Positions 11,454 to 23,989 of a stretch of DNA of 64,000 nt are shown here, one piece after another. Both the position numbers and the translations under genes were made by a program. The DNA is from Marsupella aquatica (lineage: Eukaryota > Plantae > Marchantiophyta). Each line of letters opens with the position of its first letter. Position 1 is the stretch's first letter. Where the stretch lies: contig OZ316897.1 in the NCBI GenBank assembly GCA_973895155.1, forward strand, positions 16,503,938-16,567,937. Direction: 5' to 3'. The notes under the pieces are model-generated. The model had not been told where the DNA came from and made no database searches. It worked only from the letters and a program-made list of their open reading frames with translations.

Positions 11454-12831
11454 TCAACAATCATTCGTCATCAATGTTGATTGGTTGGTTGTCATAAGGT
11501 GGCGTAGTAGTAGTGGGTGGACGAGCCCTGTGGGGAGGGCCAGCATTGACATTGGAAGGAATAGGGGGGAATAAGATTTAAGAGGGATTTCATTATTTTC
11601 ATTCTGAGATCGATTACCCCTAAAGAGCTTTGTAAGCAACGCTGCGTGCTGCTGGTGATGGATCAAATCTACTAGTTGGTGTTGGTGCTCCAACCGAGCC
11701 CTCTTCTCCTCATGCCTCCTTTGTATTTGATCCTTCTTGTCTTGTTGAGCTGCTGCTACTTCTCTAGCCTCTTGCCTATCAAGTAATTCTTGGGTTCTCC
11801 ACTTGTCCTTTGTTTGAATCATCTCTCGTTTGTACACAAATTTCTCACCAATCTTGTCTAGGTAAAGGTTGGCCATAGATGATCTTGACTGTGCCTGCGC
11901 TGACGGTGGGGCAGCCCTCTTATTAGGAACACGTCTTTGCCCATTCCCAGGTGGACCAGGATTAGGCCTAGATTGCGACTCCTCTTTGACACAGCCTGGT
12001 GTGCCGGTGTTAGCAGTATTCTGCTCAGTTGCTGCGGGTTGGGCATGAGTTTGAGTTTCACCATTCACTTCAGAAGCAGTGCTGGGAAAGTCTTCTTGCT
12101 GCGTTCACTTGGTGCTCCATCGTCGACAGGAAATTCAGATTCATCCTGTTGCATCCCAACATTGTCATACTCTTGTGCTTCATCATCAGACGTTGGATCA
12201 CAAATGAGCTCAGGCTGACCAGGTATCCCACATTGAGCCAATGCTGGAGGTGCCACATTAGCCCGCTCCCCATATAGCTGACTCATCCGTTCAAAATGCG
12301 GGCAAATCTTCTCGAGTTTGTCTTCCAGAGTAATCTCCACCCTCAGCTCAGCCAAGGTTAGCCCAGCGCCAGAGTCACTTTTCATTGCCAGGGCCTCCTT
12401 CCACTTGGATGTGTATCTGTTAAACCTCTTTCCTAGATTCTCTCTTGTCGTCACAAACTTGGCAAATCCGTTAGAATGCAGGAGCACAAGCATCAGTTAA
12501 CTGTTTTCTTTGAGGGATGCTTCTCCCCAACTGCTAGCCGAGCTCGCCACCCATGAAGCATGGCATAGTTGTTAGGATCTTTGAGCCAATCTACTATCTT
12601 CGATAAGTCATCCCTGGACAACTTTTTGTTCTCAGCAAGAGTGCTTGTTGCCCCCGTTGTTGCCAAATGAGGTGCAGATCTAGCTTGTGCTCCACCGGAT
12701 GCACCACCTACAACCATAGCTTCGGCTGCTTGAGAATCCTGCACAAAATCCATTGGTCCAAACAAATTCTGAATCTCAAATTGCTGTGCTTTGCCAAATT
12801 CACGTGCAGAGTCATGCTCACAAGGGTCCAT
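11454..12831 (-). pseudogene. Harbinger accessory Myb/SANT-like DNA-binding protein pseudogene
   Basis: Three consecutive ORFs linked by frameshifts: IVDWLKDPNNY.. / LGKRFNRYTSKWKEA..SGAGLT..LEDKLEKICPHFERMSQLYGERANV / C-terminal coiled coil. It is convergent with the transposase inside the TIRs. Confidence 0.85.
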
Positions 12832-15681
12832 GGTATCCTCTATAACAGGGGCCAGCCTCTCACTCCGATTGCAAAATTCTGCGTCAAGTTCTGGGGGGGA
12901 AGTTTGAGAGATTCAATGTTTCGACAAAGTGGCTGCACATTCATGGCTCCTTGTCAAAATGTGCGTGGAAGTCTCATGGTGACGAGAGTTAAAAAACGGC
13001 AGCATCGATCAGTGACGATTTTGAACTGGATATGGGTGGGGGAAAGTGTTTTAGTCCAGCACACCTGCGGTGTGCCCTCTCAAAGTAAGTACCCTGTTGG
13101 TCCTGCGCACCCGGCACTTGGGTTTCGGTGGCCGTCTTGGCCAGGAATTATGGGGGACGGCCGTCCGGGAAAAACGACGGTACGCCTAGTTTGAGACGCC
13201 CTAATGCAGATGCTCTTACTGAATCCATGCTTTGATCTGAACCGCACTATACAAGATTCTAACTGCAGCAAGAGATTCTAAATGCAGCAGGAGATGCAAG
13301 GGGAAGTGAATTAGACTGGTTACAAACCTGAACTGACATTATGAGATATAAGTTCTCTCTTTCTTTTTTATGGTTAGTTTGCAATCTAGTTGGAAGCCTC
13401 CCTCATGGTGACATCTTTTCTTAAACCACCACTAGCCATGACAAAACTTGGATTCATAGATTTCACCTTAAATATTACCCTAGCCTAGATTGTGGAGCAA
13501 AATAGCCCACGGAGAGGAGAAGAATGAGTGTAATGTGAAAAAGAGAAAATCTTGGAAGCTTCTATGTATGGCTAGGTTTAACCATGAAAGGGGCCTCAAG
13601 GTGTCATCGTGCACTTTTCCTGCACCCACCTCCCTACAACTCACACACTCCTGGAATTAAATCAAGCTGTGTTGCCTATTCCCTCAAAATTTTACTTCCC
13701 AACCGTCTCACCTGTGCTCGACAAAACTTCCACTCAACTTTGTTTGGTCTCAATGATGCTATTCTCATGGGCCTTCTGCTTTCTATATGCAATTACAGCC
13801 GGCCAATATGTCGATGAACTACTGTAGATCACCCAGCAATCCCGACATTCAGAGTTGGACCACCGTTCGTGAACGCAAACCGACCAGAGGCAGCCTCCTT
13901 TGCTGTTGCTTAGAGGTATTGTCCCCATCGTCGAAAATACGGCATCAGTGTACCAGCGGAGCATAATTTCCCCAACAATGTCTATGGCGGCAGAGCTTCT
14001 TTTTTTTGCCTCGAAAAAAGCGGCAGAGCTTTTGGTGTTGTCACTTTCCTCCCGACTCCTGATGACAGAGAAAAGCATGTTAATCGAATCGGGAGCAAAG
14101 CTACACCTACGGTAGCACCCCTTTTCAAGTCCGGGCCGGAGATGGCCTACCACAGTTCCATAAAGCAAGATGAGTACACCTCCCTGGCCATCCCACGCTT
14201 CAGAACCTGTCCAGTTAAATCTATGACCAGGTGTGATACCTTGCATACGCCGATACGCGGTAGTACAGTCATGATGGTTGCACTAGAGACCCCAACCTAC
14301 GGGTCTGTGAGATGCGGCCAAACAGTTCGATTGTTGGAAGTCGGACCCAGCTGGTCACTCGGCATAATTGGCATGAATGTCTTCGTTTTGAGGCCTACCT
14401 CCGAATAACCGATCCACTGCGCAGAATAACGAGTGCTGACGCACTAACATTCCTTAACTCTTTGCAGGAATTTCGAGCTCCATTCTCCGAGAGGTCAATG
14501 ACTCTTTAGGCAAATAGTTCTCAGAGTATACAATGTCAGCTGATGGGGTGCCCGACTACCCGGAGTCACAAGAATCTTCAGAACTCAAGTCCCAATTCAA
14601 CCGGTCAACTGCGCAAGGTATCAAAATCAGTAGGTCAATTGTGGTGTTGATAACTTGATTCACTGAACCTCGACGTTCCAATAGGTTTGGTCCAGCAGAG
14701 GCTTCAGTGATCCAAACAAGTTTTGGTTGTACTGAATGGGCTTTACACTCCAGAGATTGATATTGGTCATCGCCGGATATTGGTCATCGTCATTGTTGCT
14801 TTCCGAATCTCACTCCCTAACAGGTCATTAAATTTGAGTTATATGTCAATTGCCGGCTAGCCATTACGGTCAGTGGATTCATTTACGTACTTGATACTGA
14901 AGGACGCGAGAGTGAGATTAACTCCAACTCGATCGAATTGAAGGGATGATGGTTGGCCCGAAGTCCAACTGAAGTAGAATTTGTTGAAAAGTAACCAAAA
15001 CCATGTTGAATAGCAGTGGAAAGAAACTAAAATCACACGATATCGTGGTTAGGAAAGTTGCAATTTCGTGTCATTAGCTGACAAAACGGAGCGGGAAGAC
15101 TGTTAATAATCTACGAGATGACCATTTCATGATTAGGCACGCCTAATCCGAGACAAGGCCAATTTGCATGAAAAACATGCGATGAAAGATACCAGAGACC
15201 AACGAGAAAGAGGCAAGTAGACAAATAACAGCAATCATGCAAGCTCAATGAAACTACTACAGTGGTAGGAACTGAAGTCGGTACTGTAGTTCGTGTAGGA
15301 CGCTTTATTCTTGAAGTTATGCTCGTTTAACGACAACTTATAACTTTACTAGCACGTCAACACTCTACCACTCGGTCGGCTCTACCACATGTAAGGAATT
15401 GTGGGTGATTGTAAATCTGGTGAATGTACAGTATTTCAATAATCGCGGAGTATACAAGGTATTATTGTTAACAGCTAGTGAACTGCCCCCATTCGACAGA
15501 GCAACATTATGCTGCTGGTCCCCATTGCAAAAGGTTGCACTCGTTACAGGGTATGACAAGGACTTTGAACTACATTTCAAATGGAGAAATGAAACTGGGA
15601 GGAGAATGTTCATAGTTTCCACGTTCGGCATCACCAGAGTACGCAATGGAATGACAAGCATACTCCACTGCGATGGATCAT

Positions 15682-16410
15682 CTAGGGTCTAGGCAGATAG
15701 GAAGAGGATATCCCAGGCATTTGAGTGCTAGAAGCAACTACCCCAGGTGCAGGAGTTTCGATGACGCCTGGTGCACCAGGTGGATCATTGGGTGAGTGCG
15801 CATGCCCATGTGTAGGTGGATCAGTATGCGTAGCGGCAACGGGAGTATGTGGTTCGTGAGGCGCCTGCAATATAATGTAAAAACAGCATATTGGATTAAA
15901 CTGCAATAACTGGGCATATTATTAGGGCAGCATAAACGCTCGGGTACTCACACCAGACGAGAGATTGCAAATTGTCAAGAACGCGAGACTTGCATGATCA
16001 CCGAAGCAGAGAAGTACCATTTGAACTCTAACAAAATAATGAGTTTCTCCATTGCTCGCATTCTAAGCTCGCATTCTAGCAAGCCTGACCGTAATACAGA
16101 GGAATGACACCATCGACAAGTTTCTCATTCTTACTCTGAGAGCTTTTATTAGAGGAAAATTTGCCAGTAATATCTCGTGGATCATAATGAACAACAGGGT
16201 AGCTGACAATCCAAAAATTAGCCCTGGCCTACAGGTATTGCTAACATTTGAATTGGCAGGGGTCTTGATCTGAAGAGATACTAGTTGAGAACGCATGCGT
16301 ACCACATCAGCGCCCGGAGTTTGATCCTGGGCATCATGTTTGTGGTCTCGTCCATGATGGCCAGTTACCTTCTCCTTCAAGCTAGTAGCAGCATGCTTTA
16401 TGGTATCCAT
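15682..16410 (-). CDS. LEA_1 (group 4)-like hydrophilin, divergent; exons 16303-16410 and 15682-15864 (96 aa)
   Basis: MDTIKHAATSLKEKV start. Phase-0 GT(ACGC)..TTGCAG intron. His/Pro/Thr/Gly-rich tail. Same exon-1 length as the 31577 gene. Confidence 0.72.
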
Positions 16411-16964
16411 TCTGCAGAGCATAAAGAATAGCCAACAATTTTAGCACGCATGACTGGGACGACGTACAACTTAGTTACACGACGGAAAAGCCAACATCCG
16501 TAGCCGTAAACCAGCCCGGTCCCGGAAGATGGGCGGACGTACACTACTTATCAGAATGTAGAAAGCCCAATGCAGGGGAAGTCAGAGGGAGGGAAGTGTT
16601 ACAGTAGTTTTTGTAAAACAGGTGCAACCTCTCTCGGGTCTTCCGATCTGCAGTCTGATCCTCAATTTGCTGTCCTATCCACAGACTCACCTCGCCCTAC
16701 AGACTTGAAAATGCGGAACAGAAGTTCAAGTGTTATCACCACCAAACCAGACAAAATGATCACGCTCGAGCCTAAATTGCGAGACTAACTTACTGTCAAG
16801 TAGGCTCTGACCCACCAGAGCTAGACCTGAGAATTGCAGCCTTGTGCGCACCTACGACGACAGGCGTGCATGTCAGCAGACGTGTCAGATTCCATGCGGT
16901 GTCAATGGGTGATTGGCAGCCCACTACAGCGCCGGCCTCCAATTCCTTTGAATCTATTATTGTT

Positions 16965-17142
16965 GAGGTATTTGCGTGATAACCCCCAAAATGAAATTTG
17001 TTACTTGATCAACCCCTTGAGATCTATCAACGGTTCAGATCTGAGATTGAAAGGTCCATCAACTATCCAGATTAGGGAAAAATATGGAGGGGGTTGATTA
17101 AGCAAACTTTTCCCAGAAGGGGGTCTACTAAGCATATCTCTC
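16965..17142. mobile_element. 178-bp Mutator-like foldback MITE
   Basis: 9-bp TSD ATTATTGTT at 16956-16964 and 17143-17151. GAG..CTC termini with long imperfect inverted arms (TGATCAACCCC / GGGGTTGATTA). Confidence 0.85.
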
Positions 17143-20100
17143 ATTATTGTTCGAATTAAGTTTCTCAAACTCATCGCTCGGACTGATCATAATGGGTGAG
17201 TGACCACTAGGAAATGGCCCTTTGTGGTTATTTTAAACAGTCATTTCTTTATTTTTCGTAGGGATTTGTTTATAGTCTAATGATCATTTGTTACTATCGT
17301 CTTCCCCCCCCCCCAAAAAACGGCGCTGTGTTTGAATATGGTCAAAACAGGGACTTTAGGCAAAAAAAACAATTTCACTCAAACAAAGTGTCATATTCAC
17401 ACAGCGTACGGGCGCTGGGTTTGAAATTGACTTTGTGTTCAAAACTGTGCACAAGTGACTATAGGAGAAAGGTAACCAGGTTGCAAATTTTACAATACGT
17501 TACTCAAAATCATCCGACACATCCACTCTTTCAACTTACAAAATCCATCATCCTTTGAGAAATGTAAGCTAATTTCAAAATTCTTCATTCTCAGAGAAGT
17601 GTGTGTTGTTTCCAAAATGTTGAGCAGCAATCCGAAAGTGTCAATATATTGTTCTGCTGTGTGAACTTTCAACGGACTTTCACGTCAACCTCTGACTGAC
17701 GCCACGGCGTCTTGTCAAAGAAACCCATTACCTACATGCATAATTATATTTCCAATTTTCCATTGCCCTCAAGATTGAGGCACTCCAATAGAAACAAAGC
17801 AGTCTCACTAACATTCCAGACTCCATGAAGAAAAATTAAATAATAAAAACAAGCAAATTGGCCACATTAAACGAAACAACTGTGAAAAGTGGACCAATAT
17901 GTTTTACTAAGTGATAATAGTACACTTGGTACGTATGGTTTGTCAGGTTTTGTTTTCTATTGCAAATTTGATTTCTCCCCTTGTGTAATTTCAGTGGTTC
18001 AATTATTTATCTACACATTTTTTGACTGGGGAAATATTGTTGGGAAGTCAAAAAACCTAAACTTGAACACACTCCTCTCATACACACAACTTCTATGCCT
18101 AGCTATCATTCCTACTTACACCCTACATGTATCTCACAATGCCAAAATTCAAGCACATTACCCTAAATTTGAACACAACGCCACATTTTGAACACAATGC
18201 CACAAGTCCAAAAACTGAAAACATTGACTTCAAACTCGAACACAGCACCCTGGGTGCTATATTCAAATAGAGCTCCCTTGGCTCACTATTCAAATATAGC
18301 ACCCGGGCCTTGTGTTTGGGGGAAGACTGTAGTGAATAAGTTATAGATTGTGAAAGACATGATTAATATTATATAGCACTAGTCGGGTGGCCAGGCAGTC
18401 AGGCCTATGGGGAGTTTGAGAGAGCAAGAAGTGTGAGCTGCACTGGTAGGTTGGACCCAAAAAGGTGCACACCTTTAGGCCCATTTCATGGATAAGAAAT
18501 GCCATCACAATGGCACAGCCAAGGAAACTTCCCACCAAAATGACATTTGGTGAAGAGACCATATACAAAGAAAAAGCAAGAGCATTACTGCATATTAGAG
18601 TGTTTAGAAATATTAACTTTTCCTAAGCCCCAACAGCCTATAGAAAGGGGTGAAGAGGGGCCTGGGTAGATGGCCCTTCAATTAAAATGTGTTTCATTGG
18701 CTCCCACAATAAGTTCTCACTCCAAGTGCATTTGAGATTCATATCTCCCAGCCCACAAAGTATTAGCCTGTGCGCTTGGTACCATTAGAAATTGCGGCCT
18801 CAAACTATCGGTGACTAGGGGGTCTCTTTGTGTCTCGGATAGTTTTTGACAGCCCGCTCTCTTGTCCTGGAATTCTATTTATATAATACTCTTTTAGGGC
18901 AAAACAACGTCCTCAGGAGGGAACTGACAGGTCAAGAGGCCAGTGAGGTATAATGGCTGGAATGAGAATTGTGGTTCCTAAAGTTGGAGAGTGGCGACGA
19001 ATGGGGAGCATGCTTTCAAAATGAAAGTTCTAAAGGGGTTGCATGGCAGAATGCTGGTCAGATTGGTGGGCCAGGCCTGTGGTTTGTCTTGTGACAGCAC
19101 CAAACAAAACCACTCCGCAGTTCACTAAGCACATTTCCTTGTCCCTTCTGAGCTTTGGCTTTGGTGAACTAACATCTTCCCCTTTTGTCAATTTCTTTTT
19201 AAGATTTTTATTCTCGCTGGTGCTTTGTATACGCCACTACATTGGAACCCCCACCCAGCCCAACAATGTCCTTCCACTTCACGGAATTGAAAAATACTCT
19301 AAACAAATGTTTCCAAATGAAGGGGAAGGGAAACCTCAATTTACTTAGACTCCCACCTTAGCAACCTGATGTAAGACTAGAGCGAGGACTTGAGTGGGAA
19401 AGCCCAATTCTTTTATTACTAATACGGGTGAAAATTGCCTAGGCGGACAGGCCAAGACCAGTAACAAAATGCCCAATGCCATGACCATTTGGGCAATAAC
19501 TAAATTAATTGACACAAGTTTGGAAGAACAGAAGAGGACAATTTGAGGTACTACCAATATTAATGGTAATCTGGAGAAACAACTTTGGCGTCATCTTCTT
19601 CCTCATCAACACACAACACTTCACAATAAAAAGCTGGTATGCTAGGCACACCCGCTGAAGCCAAGGTTGGGGCGCAATGTTAGGTCTTGTCCTGTACAAA
19701 GCTGCCATGTGGTGAAAATAAGCACAAATACTTATTCCACTCATCCCTTGGGGTCTCATTTTAAAGAGGGTTTTGGGTTTAGGGTGTTTTCACAGGGGGA
19801 AACAAGTGCTTGAAATTTACAACTATAATGAGGAATCCCGCCTTTTTTTTATCCTTTGTCCCAATACACAAAAGCTCCTGGGCGAGAAAGATCCACAGCC
19901 GTTGGATTCGATTAGCTGTTTTCCTTAACCATTGATGGAAAAAATGTGCACTCCTGGTTCATATGTGCTTCCTGCTGCCCCATAAATGCCCCGGCCCGAC
20001 TCCCTATGGGCCGGCCCTCCTTGCACAGTGCAACGCACTGGCATAGGGCTCGTTCGTCTATAAAATGGCTGCACATTCATTGTAGCATGGGGACCCAGGA

Positions 20101-20384
20101 TCTTTACAAGTTATAGCATGAGTTACACAAATCCACAAGTCTTCACATTCAAAATTGTCACTGGCTCAAGTTTGAACCTGGACTGGGCTGTGCCCCTAAT
20201 CATTGTTAGTGGACATTTAGTTTAATTATGTGCAGTTAACCCAAGTTTGGTCATCCTAACCCAGAAAAGAAAATAAACCCCCACAAGTTTCCCAACATTT
20301 GTTTTTGGACGGACTTTTCAATCTCCAAACACCGCTAAAAGACTGACATGGGCAGATTTGAGATTCTTGGATCTCTTACATTTG

Positions 20385-20520
20385 GGATCGTGTCTCCCTG
20401 GTGCCTTCTGGTTTGTTAGGCCCTTTCCCCTCTTTTACTCCCCTTTGTTGGGTTGCTTTGCCTTTGTGATCATGTCTCCCCATTCGGCATTTTTTGTCTC
20501 ATGCTGTGTGATATATAATA
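20385..20520 (+). repeat. Dispersed retroposon 3'-tail family, copy 1
   Basis: CCTTTCCCCTCTTTT..TTTGCCTTTG.GATC.TGT.TCCC..TTCGGCATTTTT..TGTGATATATA is shared with copies near 36.9, 45.5 and 46.0 kb. Confidence 0.7.
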
Positions 20521-21817
20521 TATCATTTAGGAAGAACAATAGTATGCATTCGAGCATTCTCCAGGTGTGTAAATCTCTCATCGTGTCTGGTACGAACGGG
20601 ATGTACTGTACGTACTTTACTGGACCGCGTATTTAGACTCGAGTACAATCCCGCCTCCACCAAAAGGCAGGTTCGCTACAGTTTCGAGGTCAAATCAGAC
20701 AACTCCAAAAGTCATCCTTCTGATCCTGTAGATTTGTCGCGTGAAGCCTACTCTATTCTCATAATTATTATTATATTGGATTGAGTTGAATTGACCAGTG
20801 GCCCGTGACCAGACAGTCCAGGACGACTGAACGATCAATGTTGCGAGGAGAGCGAGCAAGTCTCACGAAACGGGAGCTGCACGCAATTGCCTTTCAGGAT
20901 GCCCTCAATCCCAAAGAGAAGAATCATCGTGACTGAGATGGAGAGAATGACTAGAGCTCATCATGATTTGGGAGGGCCTAAGGGAGCGTTGCTAGTGTAA
21001 TTTTCGACAGAGAATTTAGGCGATGGAGTAGCGACCACTGTCCGCGTTCTCTCACCACGGAATTTCGTGCCAGGGGCGCTTTTTTGCTTGATGGGTCAAA
21101 CCGTCGTCGTGTGGCTCCAATTTTGCGCTTTTGAAGCGAGGCACGGAGGCCGGCCTTCGATAGTTGAGCGTTTGCTGATTGCCAGGGAGTATAATTGCGC
21201 AGGATACAGCCGCAGAGACGCCAGTCGAAGAATTCGAAGGCTCGGAACCTGACTCTCTGGACCTAATGCGGGTCAGTAGAGAAGTAGAGTCTGCACATTG
21301 AAGTATTAGTAGTAGTTTGGCGCATTTCGAAAGATTGACAGCACTAGTCGTCGTAGCTGCTGAATCTTGAAGAGGTAGGACTTCCCTAATTTCGAAATTT
21401 CTTGTACTGACAGAATCGCGTGTTTACGAGTTTTAAAAGCTAGCGAATTGTCCAATTTGTGGGAGCGCGCATCTGGGCGAACGTACGATAGATTTTATCA
21501 TCCGTCATTCGGTAACATATGCTTCTCTTCAGCCGATCACAGTCCCCGTTACAGTCACGTCCTGGCAGACCGGCAGAAAACCCTTCTGCAGCGTGCTTGA
21601 CAACTTGTATGCATTATGAAATCTTATCTGCTTGAGGTTAATATTATGAATTGTTCCCAAATGCAGAATTTTCTTTGGAGGAGTAGCCAAGTGATGTAGA
21701 CAGAGGTCGGATTGATGAATATCGAAGAATAGATCAGGGAGTTGATAGCAAGAGCAGCTCTCCGGGTAACCTCCTGGCAAGCGTTTTGTAGATCGAGGTG
21801 CCAGGAAGCTTGAAAAA

Positions 21818-23989
21818 ATGGATGAGACGGAAGTGCAAGTTGAAATTGCCTGTTGGGCTCAGGACCACCCCGAGGCCTCAACGATCAATTGGGATAATGG
21901 CTACGAGCCGTGGGTGGACTTCTCGGGCCAACGCTGTACATTAAACCTAGGACTGGGCGGGCTGACATGGAGCATTGAGGTTCCGATTGGATATCAGACT
22001 GAAATTGACCCAGAAGATGGAAGACGAAAGCGGCTTTGGGACCCCCTCGATTACCACGACACGGTGATACTGCAGAGTAGAAGCACACCTTTCCACGTCT
22101 CGGTTGTCGATCACTCCAACAACACGATGGAAATATTTAATGCTTTGGGACAGGGGCTCGCAGACAAAGCAGTATCAGCAGGGTCATGCGATGGAGAAGT
22201 CATGCGGAAAGTCCATGACAAGTTCAAGGCCTTGTGCTTGGAGTCCATTCCTCAGTCCGGGCCAGCTATTAAGAGGGGGACAGCACTCAAAATTAAGAGC
22301 AATGCGTGCTTCGAAACTTTGAAGAGGGCCGAAACCCTGGCAGAAGTTCTGGATGTCATTCATGGTTTAGCAAAATTGTACACCACTCACATGCTACCAC
22401 CGGCAAATGACCGTGAGGATGATGCGGAGGGGACAATTTTGGAAGAGGAGGACGACGAGCATCTATTTGATAGCGACTTCACGATGAAGTGGAGCTCCAT
22501 TGCAGCGCAAGTAAATCGTGCACGGGAAGCCTGCGCGTACGCAGCTGCACGTGCTCGTAGTTCCACGCCAGAATGGAAAGAAACAGACGTGGACTTCGAG
22601 AAGATTTCATCACAGAAACTGTGTCGTCTTCCCGTCAGCTCTCCTTCTTGTTCTCGAGCTAGACGTGAAGTACAGCTTCACCTGAGCAAGTTCAGCCTAG
22701 GTTCTCCTCCTGAAGATCAAATTGAAACAAGCGAAATATTTCATTTAGCGAACATCACCTTAGCGTCGCCTCCAGCGGAAAATCAATCTGAGGGTTCTGC
22801 TTTGTCCGACATTGACGACGACTACACAGTTTTGCTCCCAAGCTCGTTAGCAGCTTCGTCTGCCATTGGCGAGGACTCGAAGCCACAAGCGAACGACGTC
22901 GACATCGCAGCAGGGTTGATTAATTTCCAAATAGATACGTTCTGCTACGATTCGGACAGTGACAAAAGTGATAGCAGCTGGGAGATACCCGGCTTCTCCA
23001 ATCCGAAGTCAAACTCCAACCTGGAGACAAACAGCGATGGAGAGCGAGGAGACTCTGTGCTGTCCATGCCGTCGAGCTTGAAATTGGACTCATTCCAGCT
23101 AGAGCCTGATGTTTCGTGGCCGTGGGATCCGCTTAAAAAGAAGGGAAGGGCCATATCCTCCCAAGACGATGACCTACCGTCTAAACGAATGAAAGTCGAG
23201 CAGAGCAACGATTGGAATTTAAAAAACCTTGAATGGTGCGACATAGCATTCAATCCTGTGAGTTTCTCGGTGGAATGCACTTTACGTTTGAGCGAATTCA
23301 TGGACAATCGTACCATAGCAGCTGCCTTGGGTTTTTCCCTGGAGCACCACCTCCGACTGGAGATCGTGCCCAACAAGGCTCAGGTGGATTCGCTTGCATG
23401 GACTGGAGCCGTGGAGGTGTACGTTAGCCAGCACAGTGACTGGCACAACCATATCTCCGAAGAGATTTGCGGATTGCTCTGCTTGGTGCCTGACATTGTG
23501 CAGACACACTTCCACGAGAAAGTCCCCGCACTTATCCGCAGCAACTCCGACGACCTCTTCGTTGGACTCTTGCAGCACCTTATCAGACGACTGATAAATG
23601 TGAACGCTGGTGGTTCGTGCTGCGTCTGTGGGAAGCCTGGCGATCGGCCGACGGAATACCTCTTGCAAGGTAAAAGCCTGTGGCCTTGCAGCGACAATAT
23701 TTGTCGAGCAAGGTATGCAACTTGGGAGGAGGTGAGCTCCGTGGACTCACTGGAGCGCGAGAAGGAGGAGAACTCGCAGCTGCGTTCCATGGAAGAGAAA
23801 TTGAGGGAGAGCTTCTCTTATGCCGATCAAATCGACCTCAAGTCCGCTTTGGAAGTCTATGGTATCAATGCTGATGATATGCACTACGGCCAGATGATTA
23901 GAGCGTTGGCCAGGATCGAGCTGTGGAACGAGAAAGATCCCGATTCTTCGTTACTCTCGTACCCCGTTTTCGATATCGGAGCGCAATGA
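21818..23989 (+). CDS. Intronless 723-aa protein; C-terminal third resembles the non-catalytic region of PARP6/PARP8-type proteins
   Basis: Long uninterrupted ORF with an acidic/Ser-rich centre. LSEFMDNRTIAAALGFSLEHHLRLEI and LFVGLLQHLIRRL..CCVCG..LWPCSDNIC recall PARP6/8 segments (recognised from memory). No ADP-ribosyltransferase domain follows. The ORF is secure; the family is tentative. Confidence 0.8.
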   Translation: MDETEVQVEIACWAQDHPEASTINWDNGYEPWVDFSGQRCTLNLGLGGLTWSIEVPIGYQTEIDPEDGRRKRLWDPLDYHDTVILQSRSTPFHVSVVDHSNNTMEIFNALGQGLADKAVSAGSCDGEVMRKVHDKFKALCLESIPQSGPAIKRGTALKIKSNACFETLKRAETLAEVLDVIHGLAKLYTTHMLPPANDREDDAEGTILEEEDDEHLFDSDFTMKWSSIAAQVNRAREACAYAAARARSSTPEWKETDVDFEKISSQKLCRLPVSSPSCSRARREVQLHLSKFSLGSPPEDQIETSEIFHLANITLASPPAENQSEGSALSDIDDDYTVLLPSSLAASSAIGEDSKPQANDVDIAAGLINFQIDTFCYDSDSDKSDSSWEIPGFSNPKSNSNLETNSDGERGDSVLSMPSSLKLDSFQLEPDVSWPWDPLKKKGRAISSQDDDLPSKRMKVEQSNDWNLKNLEWCDIAFNPVSFSVECTLRLSEFMDNRTIAAALGFSLEHHLRLEIVPNKAQVDSLAWTGAVEVYVSQHSDWHNHISEEICGLLCLVPDIVQTHFHEKVPALIRSNSDDLFVGLLQHLIRRLINVNAGGSCCVCGKPGDRPTEYLLQGKSLWPCSDNICRARYATWEEVSSVDSLEREKEENSQLRSMEEKLRESFSYADQIDLKSALEVYGINADDMHYGQMIRALARIELWNEKDPDSSLLSYPVFDIGAQ

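Larger units (their letters stand above)
3461..13201. mobile_element. PIF/Harbinger DNA transposon, formerly autonomous, with three nested insertions
   Basis: Perfect 20-bp TIR GGGCGTCTCAAACTAGGCGT at 3461-3480 and its reverse complement at 13182-13201. Flanks are ATA and TAA (an imperfect 3-bp TSD). It encloses a DDE transposase (+) and a Myb/SANT-like gene (-). Confidence 0.93.

Noticed and set aside
13600-14750. 170-aa minus-strand ORF (13734-14246) and neighbouring frames
   Set aside because: Coding-like composition but no recognisable motif, and stops in the flanking frame. It may be a decayed gene; it cannot be called without a search.
18377-20030. Possible CACTA element (CACTA..CAGTG with similar subterminal sequence)
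   Set aside because: The TIR match is poor and the 3-bp flanks differ (TAG vs CAA).
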